32,000 nt of DNA from Geobacter metallireducens GS-15 (lineage in GTDB: Bacteria > Desulfobacterota > Desulfuromonadia > Geobacterales > Geobacteraceae), in the NCBI RefSeq assembly GCF_000012925.1, contig NC_007517.1:2760001-2792000 (forward strand), given 5' to 3'. Shown piece by piece: positions 24,467 to 32,000 of this stretch; the first letter of the stretch is position 1, and each line of letters starts with the position of its first letter. Position numbers and translations under genes: made by a program. The notes under the pieces are model-generated. The model had not been told where the DNA came from. It searched no databases and saw only the letters and a program-made list of their open reading frames with translations.

Positions 24467-26287
24467 ATGGCCCCGAAAGAGAGCCCAGCAACGAAGTCGC
24501 CGGGGAAAGTGCCGAATCTGCAAAGGTTCGCCCATTGGCTCCCGCTGGCGGTTCTGACGGTCGGCCTGCTCCTTACCTACGAACTGTGGAAGCATGAACA
24601 TCAGATCGTTGCCCGGGATCTCCGGGCGAATTTCGATTTTCTCGTGCAGGAAGATCTCACCCTCATAAAACAGCGCATGCAGGCGTACGAGCAGGTGCTG
24701 CGCGGGACGCGGGGATTGTTCACCGCTTCCGAGTCGGTGGAACGCCATGAGTTTCGCGACTACGTGACGGCTCTCGGCCTGGAAGAGTCCTACCGCGGCA
24801 TCCAGGGGGTGGGTTTTACGCAGATCGTACCGGCAGCGCGACTGCAGTCACATATCGAGTCCGTCAGGAAGGAAGGATTCCCCGATTACGCCATCTGGCC
24901 GGACAGGGAACAGGAGATCCATACCTCTATCATTTACCTGGAGCCGTTCTCGGGCCGCAATCTGCGTGCCTTCGGTTACGACATGTTTTCCGAGCAGGTG
25001 CGGCATGCCGCCATGGTACGGGCGCGCGACACCGGCACAGTTGCCCTGTCCGGCAAGGTGAGGCTTGTGCAGGAGACCGGGGAGCGGGAACAGGCGGGGG
25101 TTCTCAGTTATCTCCCTATTTATGCCAACGGCAAGCGCCTCGATTCCGTGCAGTCGCGCCGCTCGGCAATCATCGGGTGGGTTTACTCGCCATTTCGCAT
25201 GGACGACCTCATGGCCGGACTTTTCGGTGGTCGCGCCAACGAAATCGATATCGAGATCTACGACGGGGAGGAAATATCCGAAAAGACACTCTTGCACGAC
25301 TCTGACAAGATCCGCTTCGCCGGGGTCATGGAGGCCCCGCTGCTCGCCATCAAACGGATGGAAATAGCCGGCCGCATCTGGACCGTGGCGTTCCGCTCCC
25401 TACCCCCCTTTGAAAAGCGCCTGAAGAGCAACCAGGCAGGATACGTGGCCGTCACGGGGATCGTGCTGAGCCTGCTCCTGACGGCGATCACCCGGCTTCT
25501 GGCACGCGGACGGTCCCGTGCCATGGAAGCCAGGGAGGCACTGGCCATCAAGCAGAAGCAGCTTGAAGACCTGAATCTCTCCCTTGAACAACGGGTTGCC
25601 GAACGCACCGCGGAACTGGAGCGCCTGAACCGGGAGCTGGAGAGCTTCTGCTACTCCATCTCCCACGAAATACAGGCGCCGATTGCCCGGCTGGATGGTT
25701 TCAGCACGGCAATTGCCGAGTCCGCCAGGGATGCCGGCTCTAACGAGGTGCTCTATCTGGCGGAAAGGCTCGGGGTGGCAAGCCGGAAGTTGAGAGACGT
25801 CATTGACAGCCTGCTGGTTATCTATCGCCTTGGGAGCACCGAGATGGAGATGGTGCCGGTGGATCTCTCTCAGCTTTGCGGCCAGATATTTGACGAACTG
25901 CGGGAACATGAACGCACGATCAAGGTTACCATTGCCCCGGACGTGGTGGTGCAGGGTGATCACCGGATGCTTGAAACCTGCATTCGGCACCTTCTGGAGA
26001 ATGCAGTGAAATACAGCGCCAGGAATCCGGAAGCGGCAGTCGAGTTCGGGGAAATAATACAGACGGGGGAAGCGGTCTTTTTTGTAAGGGACAACGGTGT
26101 GGGGTTCGACATGGCATTTGCCGGCAAGCTCTTCGAGCCTTTCTGCCGCCTCCATTGCGAGTCCGAGTTCGAGGGGAGCGGCACGGGCCTTCCTACCGTG
26201 CAGCGGATCATCGAACGGCACGGCGGGAGAATCTGGGCCGAGGCCACCCCGGGAAATGGGGCAACGTTCTTCTTTACTCTCGGCTGA
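24467..26287 (+). CDS. CHASE-domain sensor histidine kinase (orphan)
   Basis: SD AGAGGA precedes the start. The order is TM, periplasmic CHASE-like region (GVGFTQIV..., YLEPFSGRNLRAFGYDM, RARDTGTVALSGKVRLVQE), second TM, coiled coil, H-box SISHEIQAPI, then the ATPase domain (RDNGVGFD, GTGLPTV). No adjacent regulator. Confidence 0.85.
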   Translation: MAPKESPATKSPGKVPNLQRFAHWLPLAVLTVGLLLTYELWKHEHQIVARDLRANFDFLVQEDLTLIKQRMQAYEQVLRGTRGLFTASESVERHEFRDYVTALGLEESYRGIQGVGFTQIVPAARLQSHIESVRKEGFPDYAIWPDREQEIHTSIIYLEPFSGRNLRAFGYDMFSEQVRHAAMVRARDTGTVALSGKVRLVQETGEREQAGVLSYLPIYANGKRLDSVQSRRSAIIGWVYSPFRMDDLMAGLFGGRANEIDIEIYDGEEISEKTLLHDSDKIRFAGVMEAPLLAIKRMEIAGRIWTVAFRSLPPFEKRLKSNQAGYVAVTGIVLSLLLTAITRLLARGRSRAMEAREALAIKQKQLEDLNLSLEQRVAERTAELERLNRELESFCYSISHEIQAPIARLDGFSTAIAESARDAGSNEVLYLAERLGVASRKLRDVIDSLLVIYRLGSTEMEMVPVDLSQLCGQIFDELREHERTIKVTIAPDVVVQGDHRMLETCIRHLLENAVKYSARNPEAAVEFGEIIQTGEAVFFVRDNGVGFDMAFAGKLFEPFCRLHCESEFEGSGTGLPTVQRIIERHGGRIWAEATPGNGATFFFTLG

Positions 26288-26309
26288 CGCGAACCACCAT
26301 ACAAACAGA

Positions 26310-26337
26310 GGCCGTCACCCCTTCACGGATGACGGCC
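26310..26337. terminator. Hairpin between convergent genes (kinase on plus, small-protein pair on minus)
   Basis: GGCCGTCA-N12-TGACGGCC is an 8-bp stem. The U-tail is weak on both strands (CTCTGTTTGT on the minus strand). Confidence 0.3.
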
Positions 26338-26372
26338 CCATTAATTCTGCGGCAGGCGGATTGCCGGGCTTT

Positions 26373-26606
26373 CTAGCGGCTCTTCACCTCGGCCCTTTCC
26401 CCGAAGCTCTCCTTAACCCCTTTGGCCATGCCGAGCATGGTGAGAACTGCCGGGACCAGCTGGGCCACGATGATCAGGGCGCAGAACCCGAGGAAAATCC
26501 ACACGAACACGCCGCTGTTGTCTTCCCGCGCTCCCGATGCCGCCAGGGCCGACGTTACGCTCCCCATTACCAGTGCCAGTGTGCCGGCTGCAGTTCTCGC
26601 TCTCAT
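26373..26606 (-). CDS. Small secreted/membrane protein, paralog 2 (77 aa)
   Basis: The ATG at 26606 lies 6 nt after AAGGAG. The sequence is MRARTAAGTLALVMGSVTSALA/ASGA..., followed by one TM helix and a charged tail. It is a paralog of the upstream gene. Confidence 0.6.
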   Translation of the reverse strand: MRARTAAGTLALVMGSVTSALAASGAREDNSGVFVWIFLGFCALIIVAQLVPAVLTMLGMAKGVKESFGERAEVKSR

Positions 26607-26668
26607 GGCCGTCTCCTTTCTCATCGTATTCGTATTGTGCCGGTCTCTGACCGGGTTGTTTCCGAAAC

Positions 26669-26887
26669 CTAGCGGGCACCTTCCTCTTCCTTGGCCGAGA
26701 AGAGCCCCTTCACCATGGAACCGAGCAGGACGATTGCCGGGATGGTCTGGAAGGCGACGACGGCGACGCCCAGGGCCAGGAACAGCGGGGCGAGGAATCC
26801 CCCTTCGTCGGCGGCTGCGCCGCTGGCGGCAAGGGCAGAAGAAGCGGTGGCTATCGTAACGATCAGGGCGTTGGCTATGGCTTTCAT
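26669..26887 (-). CDS. Small secreted/membrane protein, paralog 1 (72 aa)
   Basis: The ATG at 26887 is preceded by AAGGAGGA. The sequence is MKAIANALIVTIATASSALA/ASGA..., followed by a TM helix (FLAPLFLALGVAVVAFQTIPAIVLLG) and the tail KGLFSAKEEEGAR. Confidence 0.65.
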   Translation of the reverse strand: MKAIANALIVTIATASSALAASGAAADEGGFLAPLFLALGVAVVAFQTIPAIVLLGSMVKGLFSAKEEEGAR

Positions 26888-26937
26888 GGCATCCTCCTTG
26901 TTTTCCGGTGCTAACTGATTGCTTTTGTCTTTTACAT

Positions 26938-26953
26938 AGCATCGGGTATGCCA
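26938..26953 (-). promoter_or_regulatory. Sigma-54 (-24/-12) promoter for the small-protein pair
   Basis: The minus strand reads TGGCATACCCGATGCT, with GG and GC in the exact consensus register of TGGCAC-N5-TTGCW. The -12 element lies ~50 nt upstream of ATG 26887. Confidence 0.6.
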
Positions 26954-27046
26954 GCAGGATGAAAAAACTTTATTAATTTGTAACCCACTACAATAATTAA
27001 GGAATTATTTGTGGCCTGGGATTGAAAAGGTATTGCGGTCGAGAGT

Positions 27047-27071
27047 GTTTGTATAGGGGGGACATACAAAC
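27047..27071. promoter_or_regulatory. Inverted repeat GTTTGTAT-N9-ATACAAAC, candidate enhancer-binding-protein site
   Basis: Perfect 8-bp arms lie ~95-130 bp upstream of the -24 element, with an AT-rich (bendable) tract in between. Alternatively it is a second stem of the upstream gene's terminator. Confidence 0.3.
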
Positions 27072-27099
27072 GCGGGGGGATGAAACTCATCCTCCCGCG
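27071..27099 (-). terminator. Hairpin downstream of the L,D-transpeptidase gene
   Basis: 13-bp stem CGCGGGAGGATGA-GTT-TCATCCCCCCGCG on the minus strand (one A.C mismatch), followed by TTTGTATGT. Confidence 0.4.
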
Positions 27100-27215
27100 A
27101 AAATTTTACGTAACATACTGATATTACAGAATATTACCCATCGGTACCTGGTGCATATAAAAAGGATACGCCGCATGGACAAAAACAGCCGGCAACGATG
27201 ACGCCCCTGCGGAAA

Positions 27216-28604
27216 TCAGAACGAAACCCTTTCGGGTACCCCGTTCATCCTCTTCAGAACCTGTTGGACCTTGTTCCAGTCTATTCTCTCCTCGACGTGC
27301 TGCTCCTGCGCGATGCTCTTCACCTGTTCATCGAGATTCTCGTAGCGGTTGTAAATGTCCCGGTGCACTTCAAGGAACACCTGTCCCTCGGCAACCGTCA
27401 TCTTTACCGGCTCGTAAATAATCTCTCCGGTGGTCTCCTCTGTCACGGAATTGAAGAAATCCTCCATGAATTCGGGAAAAACCCTGATGCAGCCATGGCT
27501 GCTGAAACTGTAGACCGATTCGGGCGCGTTAGTGCTGTGGATAAGAATTCCTGGTATCGACGTTTTCAGGGCGTATTTCCCGAGAGGGTTTTTCTTCCCC
27601 GGCGGGACAATGGTTTTCACCTCCTTCCCCCGCTCCTTCATCTCCTTCCGGATGGAGGGGGGGACACGCCAGGTGGGATCCTTCACCTTTCCGATGATCC
27701 GAAAATTGCCGGTCGGCGTATGCCAGTCGCGCTTTTCGGGATCATTTACCGGTTTCGGTTTTCCCACGGCGACAGAAAGCACCCGGTCAACCTCTCCGTT
27801 ACGGAAATAGTAGAGAGTGCGATCAGGGATGTTTATGACAATGCCGTCGTCGATCTGGCGGGGGACAATCCGGCGGGTGTCGACACGCAGCACCTGTCCG
27901 GCCCTGAGGGGTTTCTGGGGGTCGATCCGGTTGAGCTGCGCCAGCCGCCGCCAGCTGACCCCGAATTTAGCGCCGATATAGCGCAGGCTTTCACCCTTGC
28001 CAACAGTGTAGGAGAATCTCTTGCCGATGATCACAGAAGACCGTGGTCTGGCGGTTTCGGTCGCTTCGGCCGGTTCCCCCCTCTCCACGGAGCGCATTTC
28101 ACCGGGCTGCGGTTCGGCCGGCTCAACAGGCGCAGGCGCCGATTGGGGATGGAGATGCTCGGTGGGAGGGGCCATAGCCGGGCTTGCAGGAGCAGGGGGG
28201 GGCAAGGGGGAGACGCTGTCCATCGCCGGAGGGGGGAGTTGGTCATCCCAATCAGCGGTCTGCTTCGACACCGCGTCCCGGCTCGACGGCTGTGGTTCGT
28301 CCTTTTCTGCCTGGGCCAGCTCCAGTCGCTCAGAGAGAAGCTTTGCCTTGCCGGCGGCCAGATCGAACAGAACCTCTGCCCGCTTGCGTTCACCCCTGGC
28401 CAGGTGGGATTCCGCCCGGGCCACGGTCTCCTCGATGTTCCAGTACTCCTGGCGCGAAATACTGGAGGCAGACCGCTGCCGCAGCCCGGAAAGCTCCGTC
28501 AATGCCCGTTTTTTAGCAGTGGGAGGCGTCGAACATCCCGCAAAGAGAACTGCCGCCGCCAGAAAGGAAACCGTACCTCCCATCCCGACGCCGACCCGGC
28601 ACAT
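27216..28604 (-). CDS. LysM-domain L,D-transpeptidase (YkuD family) lipoprotein
   Basis: Lipobox is AVLFAGC. A coiled region and a Pro-rich linker precede LysM (YTVGKGESLRYIGAKFGVSWRRLAQLN) and the YkuD catalytic domain with IHSTN...SHGCIRV. The start is uncertain (ATG 28604 chosen; 28583, 28655 and 28661 are possible). Confidence 0.8.
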   Translation of the reverse strand: MCRVGVGMGGTVSFLAAAVLFAGCSTPPTAKKRALTELSGLRQRSASSISRQEYWNIEETVARAESHLARGERKRAEVLFDLAAGKAKLLSERLELAQAEKDEPQPSSRDAVSKQTADWDDQLPPPAMDSVSPLPPPAPASPAMAPPTEHLHPQSAPAPVEPAEPQPGEMRSVERGEPAEATETARPRSSVIIGKRFSYTVGKGESLRYIGAKFGVSWRRLAQLNRIDPQKPLRAGQVLRVDTRRIVPRQIDDGIVINIPDRTLYYFRNGEVDRVLSVAVGKPKPVNDPEKRDWHTPTGNFRIIGKVKDPTWRVPPSIRKEMKERGKEVKTIVPPGKKNPLGKYALKTSIPGILIHSTNAPESVYSFSSHGCIRVFPEFMEDFFNSVTEETTGEIIYEPVKMTVAEGQVFLEVHRDIYNRYENLDEQVKSIAQEQHVEERIDWNKVQQVLKRMNGVPERVSF

Positions 28605-28866
28605 TAATGAGACTCTCTGTGCTGCATTTCCAGACAAGACCTCGTCCCCCTTCATCCGCATACCATACAACAATCCGTATACCACGGAACATTGCACGGT
28701 AACAAGGGATGCTTACGACCACTACAGGAGTCTGGCAGTGGATGCCGACACTGATGGCAACGCCGTGATTCTGTGCCCTTGCCAGGGGACGGACATTCAT
28801 GATAGTTCTGTTTCAAGCGGCATCACCATGCCGCCTTTTACGTTGCACCGCGAAAAAGGAACAATC

Positions 28867-30255
28867 ATGAACGAGACCGGTTTCCTCATTGACACCCATG
28901 CCCACATCGACGGTCACGACTTTGTCGCCGACTTCGACGAGGTGCTTGGCCGCGCCGCCGAGGCGGGGCTCTCCCATATCATCACCGTCGGCGCAGACCT
29001 TGAGTCGAGCCAGGCCGCCTGCGAACTGGCCCGCAAGCACGACCACATCTACTGCGCCGTGGGGGTCCACCCCCACGACGCCTCGCGGGTGACCGAACGC
29101 TGCTACCAAGTCATTCGAGAGTTGGCCCAGGGGAACCCGAAGGTGGTAGCCATCGGCGAGATCGGCCTCGACTTCTACCGGGATCGCTCCCCCCGCGACG
29201 AGCAGGAACGGGTTTTCCGCCACTTCATCCGCCTCGCCCGGGAACTGGCGCTGCCGATCATCGTCCACGACCGGGACGCCCACGACCGGGTCATGGCGAT
29301 CCTGCGGGAGGAAAAGGCCGCCGAAGTGGGGGGGGTGCTCCACTGCTTTTCCGGGGACCTGGCCATGGCGCGCGAATGCGTGGAAATGGGATTTTACCTC
29401 TCCATCCCCGGCACCGTCACCTACCCCTCCAACGAACAGCTCCGCGAGGTGGTGCGCGGCATCAGGACCGAGCACCTGCTTATCGAGACCGACTGCCCCT
29501 ACCTCTCGCCGGTTCCCCACCGGGGAAAACGGAACGAACCGGCATATGTCCGGCTCACCGCCACGAAGGTGGCGGAACTGAAGGGGCTCACCCTGGAGGA
29601 CGTGGGGCGGATCACCTCCCTCAACGCCCGGCGGCTCTTCGGCATCGGCGGCAAGGACCAGGCGGCCCGGATCGCCTACCGGATCAGGAACTCCCTCTAC
29701 CTCAACATCACCAACCGCTGTTCCAACCGCTGCTCCTTCTGCGCCAAGTTCGACGACTTCACCGTGAAAGGGCATTACCTGCAGCTTGACCACGAGCCGA
29801 ACTTCGACGAGGTGATGGCTGCCATCGGCGATCCCGGCCCGGTGGACGAAGTGGTATTCTGCGGCTACGGTGAGCCGATGCTCCGCATCGACCTCATCCG
29901 GGAAGTGGCGGCCGAGCTCAAGAAGCGGGGTCTCCGCATCCGGATCAATACCGATGGCCAGGCGAACCTGGTCCATGGCCGCAACGTCCTGCCGGAACTG
30001 GAGGGACTTATCGACTGCATCTCTGTCAGCCTCAACGCTGCCGACGCCGAAACCTACGCCCGCCTCTGCAACACCCCCTTCGGCACGGCGGGTTTCGACG
30101 GCATCTGCCGGTTCCTCACGGAAGCGACGAAGCATATCCCGAAGGTAGTGGCCACGGCGGTCACCGTGCCGGGGGTTGACATCGCAGCCGTGCGGAGCCT
30201 TGCCGAGACTCTGGGGGTGGAATTCCGGGAACGGGAGTACGCCGAGGTGGGATAG
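28867..30255 (+). CDS. Fusion protein: TatD-family metal-dependent hydrolase plus TatD-associated radical SAM domain
   Basis: Internal ATG at 28867 (aa 283 of ORF 28021..30255) has AAAGGA upstream. The N-terminal half is TatD (LIDTHAHID, GEIGLDF, VHDRDAH, LLIETDCPYL). The C-terminal ~200 aa carry CSNRCSFC (CxxxCxxC) and GYGEP, in one frame with no stop between the halves. Confidence 0.85.
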   Translation: MNETGFLIDTHAHIDGHDFVADFDEVLGRAAEAGLSHIITVGADLESSQAACELARKHDHIYCAVGVHPHDASRVTERCYQVIRELAQGNPKVVAIGEIGLDFYRDRSPRDEQERVFRHFIRLARELALPIIVHDRDAHDRVMAILREEKAAEVGGVLHCFSGDLAMARECVEMGFYLSIPGTVTYPSNEQLREVVRGIRTEHLLIETDCPYLSPVPHRGKRNEPAYVRLTATKVAELKGLTLEDVGRITSLNARRLFGIGGKDQAARIAYRIRNSLYLNITNRCSNRCSFCAKFDDFTVKGHYLQLDHEPNFDEVMAAIGDPGPVDEVVFCGYGEPMLRIDLIREVAAELKKRGLRIRINTDGQANLVHGRNVLPELEGLIDCISVSLNAADAETYARLCNTPFGTAGFDGICRFLTEATKHIPKVVATAVTVPGVDIAAVRSLAETLGVEFREREYAEVG

Positions 30256-30291
30256 CACCTGCCGGAACCGGTATTTTTATTTTAACTAAAT

Positions 30292-30318
30292 AAAGCCTGC
30301 CCTCGGCGGGCTTTTTTT
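30292..30318 (+). terminator. Intrinsic terminator after the TatD-radical SAM gene
   Basis: AAAGCCTGCC-CTC-GGCGGGCTTT (one G.U pair) runs into T7 (30312-30318). Confidence 0.75.
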
Positions 30319-30579
30319 ATTATCGCTGCTGCAACCATTCTCCTTGCATTCATGCGAATCAATCGCACCCGCGCCAATCACAAGCCTAACACCTTAATTT
30401 TACTAACCATTACAACCGCACCACATCCTTGTCATCGATCTTGAGTCCGCCAAACGTATAACTAAATTTTGCATGATTGCGAATTACCGGAACAATCACC
30501 CTCTGGCCACGCAAGCGACCAACATTCATAACCAATCGATTTACTTGAATTTTGTAAAATATACTCAATTTTATAACAA

Positions 30580-30595
30580 TGGTATGCAAGTTGCT
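30580..30595 (+). promoter_or_regulatory. Sigma-54 (-24/-12) promoter for the MFS transporter
   Basis: TGGTATGCAAGTTGCT has GG and TTGC in the exact consensus register. It lies ~60 nt upstream of ATG 30657 in an AT-rich leader. Confidence 0.6.
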
Positions 30596-30656
30596 GAAGG
30601 AGAGATGTATGAAAAATCGTTAAATGTCGCGAACGTCATAAAAGGAGGTATCAACC

Positions 30657-32000
30657 ATGTCGGACACGGTCAAGAACAGGGGATGGCAAGTGACCCTGGC
30701 GGGGACAGGCATCAACCTGGCCCTGGGAGTTCTCTACGCATGGAGCATCTTCAAGGGGGCGATCAAGTCGTCCATCGAAAAGGGGGGCCCCGGCGCATTC
30801 AACTGGGACAAGGCCTCCATCAACGACCCCTACGCAATCTGCTGCCTCGCCTTCGCCTTCTCCATGATCATTGCCGGCAAGGCCCAGGACAAGATCGGTC
30901 CGGCACGCACCGCCCTCATCGGCGGCGTTCTCGTGGGCACCGGCTTTGCCATCCTCTCCCAGAGCAACAGCTACCTAGCCTGGGTAATCGGCTTTGGGAT
31001 CCTGGCCGGCTCCGGCTTCGGCTTCGGGTACTCGGCGGCAACGCCCCCGGCCCTCAAGTGGTTCCCCTCCAGCAAGACGGGTCTCATCGCCGGCATTGTC
31101 GTGGCCGGTTTCGGCCTGGCGCCGGTCTACATCGCCCCCCTCGCCACCTGGCTCCTGGGCTCCGTGGGGATCCAGACCTCCATGCTCATCCTGGCCGCAG
31201 CCTTTGCGATTGTGGTCTGCGGCCTCTCCTTCTTCCTGGTGAACCCTCCTGCCGGGTACGTTCCGGCCGACGCTCCCAAGAGTGATGCCGCAGCCAAGGC
31301 GGCGCCTGCCAAACCGACGGTCAATGCAACGGCGGGCGAAATGCTCAAGTCGGGCAAGTTCTATATCCTCTGGATCACCTACTTCATTGGCGCCGGCGCA
31401 GGCCTCATGGTCATCGGCAGCGTGGCCGGCATCGCCAAGAAGAGCATGGGCTCCATGGCGTTCCTGGCGGTTGCCATCATGGCGCTGGGCAACGCGGGCG
31501 GCCGCGTCGTGGCCGGCATCCTCTCCGACAAGATCGGCCGGATGGCAACCCTCTGCATCATGTTCGTCTTCCAGGCGGCCCTCATGTTCGCCGCCATCCC
31601 CCTCGTGGGGGCCGGGCACCCCAATGCCGTTCTCATCGTGCTCCTGGCCACTTTCATCGGCTTCAACTACGGCGCCAACCTCTCCCTCTTCCCCTCCTTC
31701 AGCAAGGACTACTGGGGGCTCAAGAACTACGGACTCAACTACGGCCTCCTCTTCACCGCATGGGGCGTGGGGGGCTTCGTGATGGGGCGCGTCTCCGAGA
31801 TGCTCAACACCTCGACCGGCAGCTTCACCACCTCCTTCACCCTGGCCGGCTCGCTTCTGATCGGCGGCGCGGTCATGAGTCTCGCGCTGCGGCCGGCCAA
31901 GGCGGCCAAGCCGGCCGAAGTCGCCATTGCCGAGCCTTCAGCCCGTGGCGTGTTCATGGAAAGCTTCATGCGCGGCTGCGCCGACTTCCTCGGCTTCACC
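30657..32000 (+). CDS. MFS transporter, oxalate/formate antiporter (OFA) family; 3' end beyond the window
   Basis: It is not in the supplied ORF track because no stop falls in the window. AAAGGAGG (30641-30648) precedes the ATG at 30657, and 448 stop-free codons run to nt 32000. The product begins MSDTVKNRGWQVTLAGTGINLALGVLYAWSIF... and has about 12 hydrophobic helices and GNAGGRVVAGILSDKIGR. Confidence 0.85.
   Translation, partial: MSDTVKNRGWQVTLAGTGINLALGVLYAWSIFKGAIKSSIEKGGPGAFNWDKASINDPYAICCLAFAFSMIIAGKAQDKIGPARTALIGGVLVGTGFAILSQSNSYLAWVIGFGILAGSGFGFGYSAATPPALKWFPSSKTGLIAGIVVAGFGLAPVYIAPLATWLLGSVGIQTSMLILAAAFAIVVCGLSFFLVNPPAGYVPADAPKSDAAAKAAPAKPTVNATAGEMLKSGKFYILWITYFIGAGAGLMVIGSVAGIAKKSMGSMAFLAVAIMALGNAGGRVVAGILSDKIGRMATLCIMFVFQAALMFAAIPLVGAGHPNAVLIVLLATFIGFNYGANLSLFPSFSKDYWGLKNYGLNYGLLFTAWGVGGFVMGRVSEMLNTSTGSFTTSFTLAGSLLIGGAVMSLALRPAKAAKPAEVAIAEPSARGVFMESFMRGCADFLGFT

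Noticed and set aside
26373-26942. 189-aa ORF as a single protein
   Set aside because: The first 112 residues are an Arg-rich out-of-frame read-through across the upstream small gene and have no SD. Only the last 77 aa have an SD, a signal peptide and paralogy to the neighbour.
30473-31285. 270-aa ORF and the following ORF 31282..31782 as the genes at the window end
   Set aside because: They are in a different frame from the SD-preceded ATG at 30657. Their translations are Arg/Pro/Gly-rich, whereas the 30657 frame gives a textbook 12-TM MFS protein with no stop.

Overview
High-GC bacterial chromosomal segment. The gene content and the fur-feoB-ideR arrangement look Geobacter/Desulfuromonadales-like, but that is inference only. 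About 31 protein genes are packed tightly, mostly on the minus strand. In order they are: kdpD(partial)/kdpE; a Ni/Co ECF importer operon (cbiM-PDGLE fusion, cbiQ, cbiO) that continues into an outer-membrane barrel gene and sits behind a perfect NikR-type palindrome; an iron block (fur, then feoB, a 60-aa Cys-rich ORF and a DtxR/IdeR-like repressor) with two near-identical Fur-box-like sites; a Tat-exported carotenoid-oxygenase-family lipoprotein; a low-GC islet (truncated sensor fragment, 3-TM protein, MRJP/yellow-like lipoprotein, a 29-aa peptide ORF); an operon of histidine kinase, sigma-54 activator, TlpA, CcdA and VOC that is interrupted by a 13-copy octamer array; ispB; TVP38 abutting an ArsS-like radical SAM gene; pgi; a 406-aa orphan; an orphan CHASE kinase; two tandem paralogous ~70-aa proteins behind a good sigma-54 promoter; a LysM/YkuD L,D-transpeptidase; a TatD-radical SAM fusion; and a sigma-54-driven oxalate/formate-type MFS transporter that runs off the window and is missing from the ORF track. 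There are no rRNA or tRNA genes, CRISPR arrays or intact mobile elements. The items I cannot explain with known families are the sigma-54 small-protein pair, the octamer/heptamer asymmetric hairpin between tlpA and ccdA, and a ~150-nt rod-like palindrome downstream of ideR. All family calls come from motif recognition by eye; no database search was run.
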